Assembly (NCBI RefSeq): GCF_004010195.1
Contig: NC_057721.1
Location: 68,812,386 to 68,876,385, forward strand
Source of the DNA: Chiloscyllium plagiosum
Taxonomy: Eukaryota
DNA length: 64,000 bases
Direction: 5' to 3'
Below, piece by piece: positions 25,886 to 39,382 of the stretch (the stretch's first letter is position 1; each line of letters begins with the position of its first letter). The notes beneath the pieces are model-generated. The model was given only the letters and a program-made list of their open reading frames with translations. It was not told the DNA's origin and ran no database searches. The translations under genes and the position numbers were made by a program.

Positions 25886-28310
25886 TATCATGGCTGAACG
25901 TATATTATGGAAGAAACAGGGAAGGTTGTTCCATAACACTACCTACAGATCACATTTGCACTTGATGCTAATTCTCAGCCATTGCATTAGTAATCTTGTT
26001 GAACCACATCAACTGCAATTAGATCAGTAAATTAATTGAGACTGTTCTGCTCACATTCTGCTTAACATACCTGCGTGACCTAATTAAACATGAATTACCG
26101 AGTTTGAATGGATCAAAAACCTTGAAATAAAATGGAAGCTGTAAGCCTGATAAAGTCTTATAGTTACAATAAAGCAGTCCAATTTTAACAGTCAGCTACC
26201 TTCTCACTTTCATTGTTTTGCTGTAGGTTTTTTTCACATTTTTCTCATTGGTCTTGTGGAAAAAGGAATACATTAATTTCTAACTTGATTTAACGTTTTG
26301 TTCCAAATGTACCATTTCAGCACCTCTGAAACGTGTGTCACAGAAATGAGAGTCCCACCCATACTTTGGCTCTGCAGTGCAACACATAGCAGCCTTTAAT
26401 TACAAAGCCAATCAATATTATCCCTCTAGGCTGTGAGCTGTGATAAATATTTAAAAACAGGCACCTGCAAGGGGATTTCTAGCTCAACTAGACTTATCCA
26501 GGGCACTGCTTAGACTTCAGCTGCAGAAGAGGTTTACGTGAATGGTTCTAGGCATGAGACACTTCCATTATGAGGATAGACTGAACAAGTTGAGACTGTT
26601 TTCCTGTGAGGGGAGAAGGCTGAGAGGAAGTTTGTTTAAAGTTTTCAAAATATTGAATGGCCTGGATAGGCAGGGTAAGCGGAAATGTTTTGGGGCAGAA
26701 GTAAATGCACATTGGGACCTTGTGTATAATTTAACTGCTGCATTTCACATTAGGTGATCACACTTCCAAAATATGATCTATTATAAAGTGCTGGGGATGT
26801 TGCTGAAGCAATCAAAGGTGAGTTTCCGGTCTGTCATTTGAGGACTAAATTTCAGGAGAGCTGTGGTCACTCAGACTCATTGGGAACCTGTTATCTTCTG
26901 CCCTCCCGTCAAGCTGATCCTAATCCTCCCTGTGCTGATGATGTTGTTATACCCTCTCTCCAGTAACTGTCACAGGATTCCTCTGATAGAAGCTGAGTTG
27001 AACTGTGTTCCCACCCTCTCTAGTACAAGTCCCAGCCAGAACTCCCTACCTGGAGTGTGGTCAAGCCAAATGGGTGCCTTAAAGAAGGAGAAAAGATTAT
27101 AGGTAGCTGAAATAAAAACAGAGTTTACTGGAGAAACAAAGCGAGCCAGGCAGCATCTGTAAAGTGATCAGAGTTACCATTTTGAGACAAATGACCCTTC
27201 ATCAGAAAAGGCAGCTACTTCCTCTCAGAAACCCATGAAGCAAAATCTACCTTGACCTATCATCTCTTAAAGTTAGCTCTGATTCTCTCTCTAACACACA
27301 TCCGTCATTGACCCAAGGCAATGAACATAGGTTTTGGGTGTCTCTTTTCCCTCAACTACTTTATATAAATAGCTGTTGAATATTATTCAACAGCACAGAC
27401 TAGATCTACAAAGCACTGGAACAGGTTGTTCTGACCAGTTAGTCTATGCCATTCATGCTCTGCACAGGCCTCCTCCAATCCAATCTAATTTTATCAATAT
27501 ATCATCCCTTCCTTGATCCCTCATGAGATTATTTAGTTTCCCTTAAATGCATGTACGCTATTCACTTCACAACTGCTCTAACTATTGGCAAATTCCACAA
27601 TTACATTCTTCCTGTGACAGTAAATGGTGGCAAATTGGCCATCAATATCCTGAGTTTGTGATAGATGCTACACGGATGCCAAATATTTCATTATTATTTA
27701 ATTTTGAGAATGATACTGTTTGTAAATAATGAACCATGTGTCACAATAATAAATATACAGCAATGTTTAAATTACCACCTTGGAATATAAAAAATATGGA
27801 GATATTATGAAATTTGAATTGCATTAATTTGCATGAAATTTCCTAACAATTTAATCAAAACATCAAGCTGTTCGGAATTTAACAGCTTTTTGCATCAATG
27901 AAATGGTGAAGACAGAAATTTCTTCCCAATCTGTGAAGTGCTTACATGTTAATATCACTGAAAGCCAATAAATTTGTGATTTCTGGATCAGCTTTTGTTG
28001 ACCCAGTCAGCTTACAACTCTGAAAGAATTTTGCAGAGTAGATATGAATATATTTTGAAGTATTCTCAAAAAGGAAGATAAGGATAAGGTTTATGGCATT
28101 GGTAAATACCAAAGGAAGCAGGTTAACAAATGGAATAACATGCTATCAGTGAGAGGACCATTGTAATAAGATTTAGGAAAGGGAATAGCTGTTCAGCCTC
28201 TCAAGCCTGCATTGCTATTCAGTTAGATCATGGCTGATCTGTACTTCAAATCCTTTATCTACCTCACCCTCATATCCCCTTGATATCAAAACTGGACAGA
28301 AATCTGTTAA

Positions 28311-28452
28311 TGCACAGCAGGTCAGGCAGCATCTGAGGAGCAGCCTGAAACATCAATTCTCCTGCTCCTTTAATGCTGCCTGACCTGCTGTGCTTTTCTA
28401 GCAACACAGTCTCGACTCTGATCTCCAGCATCTGCAGACCTCACTTTCTCCT
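28311..28452. mobile_element. Short fold-back Penelope-derived element inside a CR1 3' end (~28170-28560, minus)
   Basis: 13-bp TSD AGAAATCTGTTAA at 28298-28310 and 28453-28465; short inverted arm. Confidence 0.8.
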
Positions 28453-29479
28453 AGAAATCTGTTAACCTCATGCTTTCAAAGTTCCAATTGACTCTAGTAT
28501 CTATCGTCTTTGGACGGGAGATTTGGCAAGGTTTTACTAATTTTGGTTGAGGATGAGTAATGGGAACATGAGAACTGTACATTGTCCACGTAAGAGCAAG
28601 AAGATGGAACCAAGTGGAACCAACTTGATGCAAATGGTTCAATTGGGTTTGTTTGTAATTTTCTCTGATGTAAATTTACTTGTAGAAAAGCATTTGGATT
28701 TCCCAGCAAGTAATACCTTTTGAACCAGATATGTGCAGCAGGCATCTAAGAAAGACCAGATTTCCAGAACTCTGTATCTTTGCTGTCAAAAGACATGCTC
28801 TGTTTCTGTGCAGTAGTATTCAGTCAGAGAGTGCCATGTTCAGTTGTGCAGCTTCACCTTCAGCAACGACAAAGGTCGCAGTGAAAGGTTCATGGATGTG
28901 AAGTCATACTGGCTGCTTTCTGAGCAGTCTGAGCCACGTTAGCAAATGGAGTGGTGCAGAATGACACAGCCCAAACAGCTTGGATAGACACATTCATGGA
29001 GTCACTGACACCAAGAGGCTGATGCACTGCCAGGCTACCAAGACTGGTTAACGTATACACAGGCCGCATCTTTACTGATCGCTCATCCTGAAGCAAAGAT
29101 CATTTATGAAGCAAAATGTCCCTTGTCCTGAGGCTATTTAAAAGGGTCCTCCACAAGTTGCATCTAGGTGCTCGTAATATTCTAGGGTAAAGTGGATGGT
29201 GAGTTGCTGGAGGTATTTGGAAGTTTTTTTGCTGAACACAGGAAAGCAGAGAATAGCGTTGCCACATTGTGGGAGGATGGAGGTTACAGTTCAGCAACAC
29301 ATGGAGAGACAATAGGGAAAAGCTGTCTGAGGAAGGAGAGGAAGTGAGTTCTCTTTAAAACATTCTATTCACTGAGCAGCTTCCAAAACCACCACTTGGA
29401 TCCTTTCAAGCTAGAGCCACCAATGTTCAGTAAAGCATGCAGGAAGGTCATGGAGCACAGGGAATTTTTAATCCTTTTA

Positions 29480-29820
29480 TTTTTGCTTAATTCGTTCAAG
29501 GGATGTGGGTACCACTGGCTAGACCAGCATTTATTGCCCATCCCTAATTACCAGAAAGTAGTTAAGAATCAACCACTCTGCAGTTGTCTGGAATCACGTG
29601 GAGGCCAGACCCCAGGTAAGGATGGCAGCTTCCTTCTCTAACAAACATTAGTAAATCAAATGGGTCCTTTTTTCCTGACACAGCAATGATTTCATGGTCA
29701 TCATTAGACTTTTGATTTCCAACATTTATTATATACAATTTCCACCATCTGGGATTTGAACCCAGGACACCAAAATATTAACTAAGTCTGTAGCTTACTA
29801 GTTCGCCAACAACAATACTG
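29480..29820 (-). mobile_element. Family-B SINE
   Basis: CAGCATTTATTGCCCATCCCTAATT...GGATTTGAACCC is the reverse complement of the tail and B-box. Confidence 0.72.
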
Positions 29821-30589
29821 ATTATCTTTGGTTCTATGATTTAGTTACTGGGGTCATCACCCGACTAGAAGTGCAACTGCTTAAAATAATAACATATTTG
29901 TGATGCATATATTTTTAGCATTACTTAAGCCAGACAAATGTCTGCCAACTGCTCTCTGAAAGAAGTGTATTCTGTGGGTGTTTTTGGTCTTTGTGGATAT
30001 TTTGAATGAGTTTTCTCTGGAGTATGAAATGCTATGATAACTGAAGCACTATTCAAGTTTTGCAAAGTCCTGTCAAAGCCAATGACTTCTGATCTGATAT
30101 TTGACAAAGTTCGGGATTCTATGAGGGCAACGATTGTTTAATTTTTGCTAAGTTGTGAAAAGGCAGGTGTCATGAAAGCAACGTTTGCAGATATAACATT
30201 CTTCGTGCCAAGGCCACACAACAGCACGAAGCTTTGTGGAATCCAGGTCAGTGTCTTCGATTTGCAAATCAGTCAGGCACAAAACGCCCTTTTCCAGGAT
30301 TAATCCAATTATGCCGCGTCAGGGCATTGATTGGCCTTGTAAAGCCTGGATGAAGTACAAACCGTGAATCAATCACAGAATAAACAAAAACAAGCGACAC
30401 TTGGCTGACCAAGCAGCTGAGGAAGGAAAAGAATTGGTTCATATTTCAGCTGTTGACTTTTCTTCAGAAACTGCATCCAAAATTATAACATTGGACACTC
30501 CAGAGGGCAGCTATTACATAGAATGTACAGAAAAAAGATTGTTTTGCCTTGCTGTGACAGGCCATTCGCATCAACCAGCTCCCATATAA

Positions 30590-30958
30590 TTCTATCACAA
30601 TATCCCAACAATATAACCCTCCCTAATGAACTCAATGCATTCTATGTTCATTTTGAAAGAAAGGTCAGTGAAATGGTGTCACCTATCCCAACAGCCTTGG
30701 GTGCGCCTGTACCCCTGGTCACTGCTGCAGACATCAGATCGGCCTTCTTGAGAGCCCAGATGGAGTCACCGTCTGTGTGTTCAGAACCTAGATGGACCAG
30801 CTGGCAGGAGTATTTGCAGACATTTTTAACCTCTCCTTCCTATGATGTGATGGTTGCACCTGATTCAAGAAGACCACTATCATTCAGGTGCCAAAGGAAA
30901 ATCAGGCAACGTGCCTCAATGGAACTGCCCGATGGCTCGGACATCCATCATTATTAAG
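30590..30958 (+). mobile_element. Rex1/Babar LINE RT fragment followed by an HE1 head fragment (30960-31052)
   Basis: LPNELNAFYVHFE, PDGV and DQLAGVFADIF.LS motifs across frames. Confidence 0.75.
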
Positions 30959-31434
30959 TGGGACAGTGGCTCAGTGATTAGCGCTGCTACTTCACAGCGC
31001 CAGGGACCTGGGTTCAATTCCAGCCTTGGGCCACTGTGGAATTTGCACATTTTTACAGTGACAAAAGGCTCTTCGGCCCTTCATGTCCACATTACTCATC
31101 AAGCTTCTATCTAGTTTAAACCTACTTCCAGCACTTGGCTCAGAGAATCAGTTCCTTTCAAATGTTTATTTAAGTACTATTTGGGTAAAGAAACTTATCA
31201 TCCAGAAGGGTCTAGCAGGGATGTCTGAGACCAAATGCAACTAGGAATGGATATTACTATATTTTAATTAATGGATAATTGGGTGAGCACTGAGGCTTTT
31301 GTGGCACAGTGGTAGTGTCCCTATCTCTGAGCCAGAAGATGTCAGTTTAAGCATCACCTGGTCCAGAGATGTGCCACATGCATCTGAATAGGTTGATGAA
31401 AAATATCTATAGGGAGGGAGTAGGCAATCAATAT

Positions 31435-31720
31435 TGGAACAAATGACTGCAGATGCTGGAATCTGTACTGAAAAAAACAAATGTTGGAGATCACAGCAGG
31501 TCAGACAGCATCCATGGAGTGCCAGCAAGCTAACGTCTCGAATCTAGATGACTCATCATCAAAGCTAAAGTGAAGTGTGCAAGGGGCAGCATTTATGCTG
31601 GGGGAGTGGTGGGGTGTAAAGTGCTGGTTGAGAAAAGATGTTGATGGCTCAGATCAAGTGATTGGAATGTGAGACTGGCAGAACAATGGTATGTCTAACT
31701 GCCAGACTGGAAAGAACAGT
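31435..31720 (-). mobile_element. Penelope pseudo-LTR fragment with decayed hammerhead
   Basis: CTGCAGATGCTGG...CAGCAGGTCAG.CAGCATCC. Minus-strand TGATGATGAGTC-ATCTA-GATTC-GAGACGTTAGC at ~31528-31562. Confidence 0.65.
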
Positions 31721-32375
31721 CAGGTAGTATTGGTGAAGTTTGTGGACTATGAGTAGAAATGAAACTCTGACTCGGGAAACTCTGTTGATCCAGTATTTAA
31801 CCTTTGGTATTTAACAAAGAATTGACTATTGGATTTAGTAGTGACTTATTTATTTTCAAAGCATCTATAAGCCTCCCCCATGTTTGAACCATCTCCTCTG
31901 TCTAAAGTCTCAGTAACAACTGGTTTGAAGAAGATTTATTTGCTGAGACCAGAATAGAAGTGTACAAAGTTGGAAGGAAATGGTTATATCTGTAATCTCC
32001 ACAAACCTGCAATCCTATGGGATACATGTACTCCAACAATTCCAGTCCCATGCACAATCCTGATTTTCATTGTTTAACCATTGTCGGCTACATGTTCAAC
32101 TGCTTCAGTCTGAAGCCATGGAATTTTCCTCTACGCCTCTCCATCTCTCACCTCCCTTATTAATGAAATTTGAACGCAACCGATTGGACCAGGGTTCTGG
32201 TCATCTGTCCTAAAATCTCCCAGTGTGGACTTGTGTTAATTTTATTTTTGATTGCAGTGTGTGAAGTACCTTGAAATGTTTTGCTATTATTAAAGGTGCC
32301 ACGAGCTGCATTACAGAGATAGATAAAAATGGCAACTACATGAGAAAAGAACTTGCATTAAATTAGCAATATCAC

Positions 32376-32710
32376 CAGTGGCTTAATCTGTTGCACTCTT
32401 CCTCCTGAGTCACAAGGTTCTCATTTCAAGTCATACTGCAGTGCTGCGCTACCAGGTGAGATTCTACACTGAGACTCCATGCACCCTCTTAGATGATTGT
32501 AAGGAATCCCATTGCTCTGTTCGGAACAGAAGTAGGGGAGGTATCTCTGGTGTCCTGCCCAGTATTTATCTCTCAATCAATGAAACAGATTGTGGTATTG
32601 CTGTTTGCAGGGGCTTGTTCCCTACACTGCAAAAGTAACTACACTTTATTCATTGTAAATGTTGGGATGTCAGGAGAAATATCTTATATAAATGTGAACT
32701 TTTCTTTCAA
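32376..32710 (+). mobile_element. DeuSINE-type (SacSINE1-like) element, old
   Basis: Decayed blocks CTGAGTCA.AAGGTT, GGTGTCCTG.CCA.TATTTATC.CTCAA and TATATAAATG tail. Similar pieces at ~19.6-19.8, 38.2, 40.5, 53.0 and 61.4 kb. Confidence 0.55.
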
Positions 32711-33799
32711 GCCCTGACTTGAACGTACATCACTGTGTGTCAGTATTGTGCAAAATTCTACATTAAACCACTTTGTGTTGTTATTGGGGCCTTAGACGAG
32801 CAACAAGAATGTCAAAGCAACTGAGAACGGGCAACAATTGTAGCCCTGGCAATACCAATCCTGAGAATAGATGCATAGAAAGTACTCTGGGACTGGCAGA
32901 TATTGGACATTGGATACATGTCCACTCATCACTCTCATAGTGATTACAATCGAACAACAGGGAGTGATTTTTGTGTTGCCTTTTCAATGCATCAACCTTT
33001 ATTACCCCTCCACTGTGATTGTTATCCTGCTGCGCTCTGGATGAGCTTGTTCAAGCCTGCCAGGATTCGCCTCTTTTTATTGGAGAAGTTTGCTCATTTC
33101 AGCAGCCAGTGGTCCTGGAGGAGTCTGGGTGGGAACCTGATCTTGGGATGACAAGGCTAGCTCACAAACACAATTTCTGACAAAGTGATGCATGTGCCAG
33201 CCTGAGAAGCAAAGTTATCTTATGGTGGGAATTTGCAGAAGAGTTTGATTTGCCTCATTATCAAGTTGATCATTTCTAAAAGCCTCACCATTTTGGTGTC
33301 AAATCAAGCTGGAAAACTAGATCAAAAGTCCCAAAGAGCCACTCATAGTTGTGTCTGTTTGAACCCATAACTGGAATTATTTTTGGGGGAGGGTGAATGT
33401 ATTAAAAGGAACAAGAGTGCATTAATTAATATTACATTGGTTTAACAAATGATTTCTCAACACATTATATTACTTTCCTCCAATTAGCACTGCAGTAAGT
33501 CATTTGTACAATGACAGCAGTGAAAAGATGTGCATGAATAGTAATCCAACAATTTAAGTCTAAGCTCACAACAAAATCATGTTAACACTTTGAGTGCAGA
33601 ACCTTCTTTACAATGTAATCAAGGCTTTTCATTCTCTCCCCTTGAATTAAGATGTCAAGCCAAGCCTGATGAAATAAATTGTAAGCAAATTTGTGCTATT
33701 TGATGCAATCATTCATGTAGAATAAAATTAACACTTGAAGTAAAGAGTAAGCACTCAAACCTGTCTCTAGAAAGTGATTGACATGACTTATTTTAAGGC

Positions 33800-34435
33800 A
33801 CTTGCTTGAGGAGGGATGTAGTTACACTGGAGGCTGTTCAAAGGAGTTTCAATAGATTGATTTCAGAGATGAAGGGTTTGTTTTTTGAACAAAGACTGAG
33901 CAGTTTAGGCATATACTCTCTGGAATTTAGAGGAACAAGAAGAGATCTAACTGAGTAATATTTGAAGCTGAAGGGGATTGACAAAGTAGACGTAGAAATG
34001 ATTTGGAGATGAAGGAGCGTCGCTCCGAAAGCTAGTGTGCTTCCAATTAAACCTGTTGGACTATAACCTAGTGTTGTGTGATTTTTAACTTTAGGCGTAG
34101 AAAGGCTGTTTCCCCATGTGGGGCAATCTAGAATGAAAGGTCATAGTTTTGGGATAAAGGGGAGCAGATTTAAAACAAAGATGAGGATAAAATTACTTCT
34201 CTTAAAGGGTCATGAGCCTGCAGAATTCATTACCCAGAATGTGATGAATGCTGGGACATTGAGGAAATTTAAGTAGGCCATAGACAGGTTTTTAATTAGG
34301 AATGGGTTGAAGGGTTATGGAAACCAGGCAGGAAAGTGGAATTGAGGCCAATACGAGGTCAGCCAGGATTGTAAGAAAGGCTCGATCAGGCTGGACGGGC
34401 TGAATTTCCCTATCCTGCTCCTAGTTCTTATGTTC
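33800..34435 (+). mobile_element. CR1 3' end with hammerhead-element insert at ~33999-34091
   Basis: LEAVQRSFNRLI..GIYSLEFR motifs. Insert GATGAAGGAGCGTCGCTCCGAAAGCTAGTG flanked by TAG(A/G)CGTAGAAA. Confidence 0.82.
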
Positions 34436-34558
34436 AGCTCCATCTCCCCTATAGGACTTTGCTTAGCCACCTGGATGTGGTGCTGTGACTGAAGCTATGC
34501 TCCTTACTGTTTGTTTATAAGAGTGAGAGCGATTTTAGATTCGTTTGCCATTCTTTAG

Positions 34559-35716
34559 GTCTGGAAGAACACAGCAAGCCAGGCAGCATCAGGAGCTGGA
34601 GAAGTCGACGTTTCGGGTGTAACCCTTCTTCAGAACAGGGGTGGGTGTGGGGGGGAGCTGCAGATAAAGGGGGTGGTGGGGGCAGGGTGGTGAAGTGGAA
34701 ATAGGTGAAAACAGGTATGACCTGGTTGGTCAATGGGAGGAATGAATCCAGTTGGTGGCAGGGAGCAGTGGAAGGGATTGGTAGGGGCTGGGAAGGGAAT
34801 CAGAAGATGGGAAAGGAAGTTATTTAAATTGGAGATCTCAATGTTGAGTCCTGCGGGCTATAGGCTGCCCAAGCGGAAGATGAGGTGTTGTTCCTCCAAT
34901 TTGTGGTTTGGTTCATTGTGGCAATGGAGGAGGCCAAGGATGATCATGTTGGAAAGGGAGTGGGAAGAGGAATTAAAATGGGTGGTGACTCAGCTGTGAT
35001 GCTCGGTGAACCGTTCCGTTAGTCTCCTCGATATAGAGAAGTCCACACCGGGTGCACCTGATGCAGTAAACTAGGTTGGAGGAGAGGCAGGTGAACCTGT
35101 GTCTCACCTAGAAGGACTGTCTGGGGCCCTGGATGGAGGCGAGGAGCGTGGTGTACCGGCAGGTTTTGCATCTTTTCCGGTTGTAGGAGAAGGTACCTGG
35201 GTGTTCGTGGGGTTGATGAGGAGAGTGGTGCAAACCAAGGACTGTCAAGGGGAACGGTCCTTGTGGAAGGCAGAGAGTGGTGGGGTGGGGCAGATGACCA
35301 TCCTTGGCCTCCTCCATTGCCACAATGAACCAAACCACAAATTGGAGGAACAACACCTCATCTTCCGCCTGGACAGCCAACATTGAGTTCTCCAATTTCA
35401 AGTAATGTCTCTTCCCATCCTCTGACTCCCTTCCTAGCCTCTCCCCCACCTGTCCACTCCTCCCTGCCACCAACCAGATTCATTCCTCCCATTTACCAAG
35501 CAGGTCATACCCTCTACCTGTCTTCGCCTATCCCCACTTCACCACCCTATCCCTGTCTTTATTTACAGCTCCCCCCAACACCACCCGCAGTCCTGAAGAA
35601 GAGTTAAACCTGACACATTGATTTCTCCACCTCCTGATGCTGCCTGGCTTGCTGTGTTCTTCCAGCCCTCTGCCTGTCTACTTTGGATTGCAGCATCTGC
35701 AGTTTTTTGTCTTTAA
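34559..35716. mobile_element. Penelope-like element with inverted halves, GIY-YIG endonuclease relic and hammerheads
   Basis: Minus strand PGTFSYNRKRCKTC...FTCLSSNLVYCIRCTRCGLLYIEET is the GIY-YIG motif. HKLEEQHLIFRL occurs on both strands. TSD CCATTCTTTAG at 34548-34558 and 35717-35727. Confidence 0.9.
34604..34636 (-). ncRNA. Minimal hammerhead ribozyme motif, intact core
   Basis: GTT-CTGAAGA-A-GGGT-TAC-ACCC-GAAA-CGTC-GAC, downstream of and on the same strand as the GIY-YIG C-terminus. Confidence 0.8.
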
Positions 35717-36205
35717 CCATTCTTTAGATCTGAGCCTCAACTTCATTATCCACCTTTCATCTCTTGATATCACTCTGTAACAGTAATCTGGTGTTCTCAA
35801 AGTTTCAACCTCTTGAAAATATCCATTGGCTCAGAGTCCAAACATTTTGGGGCAAAGAGGGGTCCAGAATTTCACTGACCTTTTTTTGTGAAATAGTACA
35901 TCCTAATTTCACTCCAGAATAGCCTGGCTCTAATTTGATTTGGAATCTCCCCCACCAGAAGATATAGCATCTCTGCATCTATACATGTTGACTAGAATAT
36001 CTCTTAATTTTCTAAACTCAGTGAAAGATAGGCTGATACTTTGAGAAAGTGAGTTGCTGTTTCCTGTGCCAAACATTGAAAATAGCTGTTTGCCGTGGAT
36101 TGGAAATCTAGTGAAATAAATGTTGATGTTTCAAGTCTTAACTGGGTTTAGCAGTAAAATTAAATGCTTTAATTGCAAAGAAAGCTTGGCTTCTTTCCTT
36201 CTTAG

Positions 36206-36865
36206 TGTTATGAAGATGTGGGTGTACTGTAACTTTAACAGAGTTAAAAGCTATCAGTGACAGCACCAAGTGTTCTCAATAAGGTACAATGTAATATGTA
36301 CACCAGCTACTGGGGTAGCTAGGGTAACTGTTGACTGGAAATGACAAAGCAGATTTGAATTAGTCCAATCAGTTTAAATTATACCCAAAAAATACCAAAC
36401 TCCAATCCAGTTTGGATTTAGTATATTGACAACTTTAAAAGCCAATGACACAATCCGATGCTTTGTGGGTATAAGACCAGGGAAAATTGAACAGTTGGGA
36501 GGAGAACTGTCCAGCTACCAGAATGTAAAAAGACTGCCCGAAAAATAGCACTCTTAAAAGCGCATTTCTCATCAGTAACCTGTGAACCAGAATCCCTAAG
36601 AAGAAGAAAAGAAGACACAGGAAGATCCCAATAGAAGAACCGAAAGCTGCCTGGTTTTGAGATAAGAAATTTTATTTTTGTAAATCCTAACTGGGAGTTT
36701 TATTGGACTAGTATCGTGGAAGGGGAAGGTAAATGATAGGTTAGAGGATGGAGTTGTAAATAGTTGTTAGTTAATTACTTTCTGTTATACTTAAAGAATA
36801 AGGTTGTTAATGTTTACTTCAAATAATTCTTGGCCTCTCGAATTTTCACAGACTACTGCACGGAT
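36206..36865 (+). mobile_element. Solo-LTR-like element, plus a second 5'-end fragment at 37192-37240
   Basis: Starts TGTTATGAAGATGTGGGTGTACTGT; the same start recurs at 37192. TATAA and AATAA-like signals inside. Confidence 0.55.
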
Positions 36866-37013
36866 CACAATCTGCTTACATTCTTAGAATGCTTTAAAGA
36901 CAAGAATGTGAGACTATTTCATTGGAGTCACAATAATGTAATCATAGATGCGTTATCATGGATTTAACCGATAAAGTTTAGATGAGATTTGTATTTATTT
37001 AATATTTTGTGGC

Positions 37014-37051
<38 letters not shown>
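37014..37051. repeat. (TG)n(TA)n microsatellite
   Basis: About 5 TG units followed by about 14 TA units. Confidence 0.95.
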
Positions 37052-37063
<12 letters not shown>

Positions 37064-39104
37064 GCTATATGGAAAAAAGTTAAGGTGAACTTATACTAAA
37101 GTTATCTGTATGTTAGGGTAATGTCTTTTAAAAAATAGAAAAAAAAAGCCATCTTTTCATTATGATGTTTCATTTTTCTTAAGGGAGGAGGTGTTATGAA
37201 GATGAGGGTATACTGTACCTTTAATAAAGTTAAAAGCTAGCATATTAGTGTTTTCATATTGTTTCAAAAACAACTTTAGCATCAGTTGTCTTGACTGCAA
37301 TTGCTTTGAGTATTTTTGATTTCACATTAGGTAGGAACCATTTTGGGATTAAGCAAGACTTCGATCCCTTTTGTCAAGTCTTACGTCAAAAGTCAAGGAT
37401 GGACATGGAACATGTTTCATTGAGGTACAGTGCATTTCAACTGGAACAACATAAATATTGACTGGCATAACTCCAGTGCCATTGTTGATGATAAGTCAAA
37501 GGACTCAATAGGGGTGCAATCAACAAACTGCATTCAAGAGACTGTTAGAGGAAATAAGTATGGCAGTTATGTGCCATATATGTTGGAGGTAAGAATTCCA
37601 ATGGATAACAGTGACAGGACAATATTTCACAGCTGATTCACATTTTTAGGTATGGTTCAGAATTGTTTTCCAGCCTTTTATGAAGAATCAAAATTGGTAC
37701 CTCCAATATGTTCGAAAGCAGATAATAGATGGAACATTGACTTAGTCACAGGTCATGTTGTGCCGACTTCAAGCCCCAATATTGAAAGCCTGCAGTTATA
37801 CTATGAAATCAAATGCCTGAAATTTGTAGATACACACTAACAGTGGATCAATTACCTCACCAAAGTAGAATCAGAATTTGCACTGTGCTGTACCTCATTT
37901 CTGCTGAACTGAATCCAATCCAAACTCTCAATAAGTAATGCCTCCCATGCTTATACACAAGATCAATAATTACGGGGATTTTAGACAAGACTTTTGGTCT
38001 CTCCTTTTTATATTTGGGGAATTTCCAAATGGTTTACCAAAAATTAGGAGCTTAGGAATTTACATCATTTAGTTGGTGCCATCTTTAAAATCCCTTGTGT
38101 GGGAGTAGACATTAAGCTCATCACTTTACTTCATGCCAAATGCAGCATGTCACTGCAGAGAGCCCCAGAGTGTTCAATGATTGAACAATATGACCTAGAA
38201 AAGTAAACTGTTACCCTAGTATAGGGCTGTGCCACACATTGCTAGAGGTGCTATCCTTCAGGTAAGATATTAAATCGAGACCCCAACTGTCCAATATTTA
38301 TTCTTCAACCCACATCACATTTGTGCAGCTTTCCGTTGGTGGAAAAGGAGAACCCCAAAGGAGATTCCCAGTATTTATAACAGAGTAGGTGGCTGGATTT
38401 GTCCAATCTGATGTGATTTGTTTCACAAAGGCTCTTTCCTCCACACAGCAAAGATATAGTCATTACCTTCCCTCTGTATCCTGAAGGCATTTGGCGAACA
38501 CAGACCGTTAGCTGGGGATTCCTTTTCATTAAGACTGAACACCCCTGCAGGTTTCTCAGCTTTCAGCTGAGCACTTTACATCAGCGCTCAGAGACGCTGG
38601 ATCAATATAACACATGTGGATGACTGCACAGGGCCTACAGTAAGCAGACGTGGTGAGGTAAATTACCTTCTTTAATAGGGGCTGGTAGATTTTGGCCATT
38701 GCTGTATATTTTTCACTGCCATTCAGAGAGAAATCTTAGTTCAGAGAGAGTGTGCAAGATATACTGTTGTTGTTGTAGAAGGGTTCCCACTTAACCCATA
38801 ATGGACTGTTTTTTAAATATATATACACTTCAATTTATTATGTTGAAATTCCTCTGTGCCATATTTTCAATGGAAAGGTTTATCGCCCTGATTAAATTCT
38901 TCATTTGTTATTCAGCAAAGTCACTGACCTAAAATTGGGTGTTAGCTCTGGCAGCACAATTTACTACTGGAAGAACATAAACTCCTCACTCTATTTCATG
39001 AAACATAGTCAGAAATTCTTTAGGAGACAGTGTAGTATTCTCCGTCACTTCCAAAATGTTCTGTAAATTTCTGACAGTTCTGAAGAAATGTCAATGAGGA
39101 AGGT

Positions 39105-39382
39105 CAGCACGATGGCTCAGTGCTTAGCACTGCTGCCTCACAGTACCAGGGACCTGGGATCAATTCCACTCTTGGGTGACTGACTGTGTGGAGTTTGCCT
39201 GTTCTCCCTGTATCTGTGTGGGTTTCTTCCGGGTGCTCCGGTTTCCTCCCACAGGCCAAAGGTGTACAGGTTAGTTGGATTGACCATGGGAAATACAGAA
39301 TTACAGGGATAGAATAGGGGGGTGGGATGGAGGTTTGGTATGGATTTGACAGGCTGAATGGCCTGCTTCCACTCTGTAGGAG
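39105..39382 (+). mobile_element. HE1-related V-SINE inserted into a hammerhead element (~39075-39510)
   Basis: HE1 head and V-domain. Host halves GTTCTGAAGAAATGTCA and TTGGCCTGAAATGTTAAT lie on either side. Confidence 0.8.
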
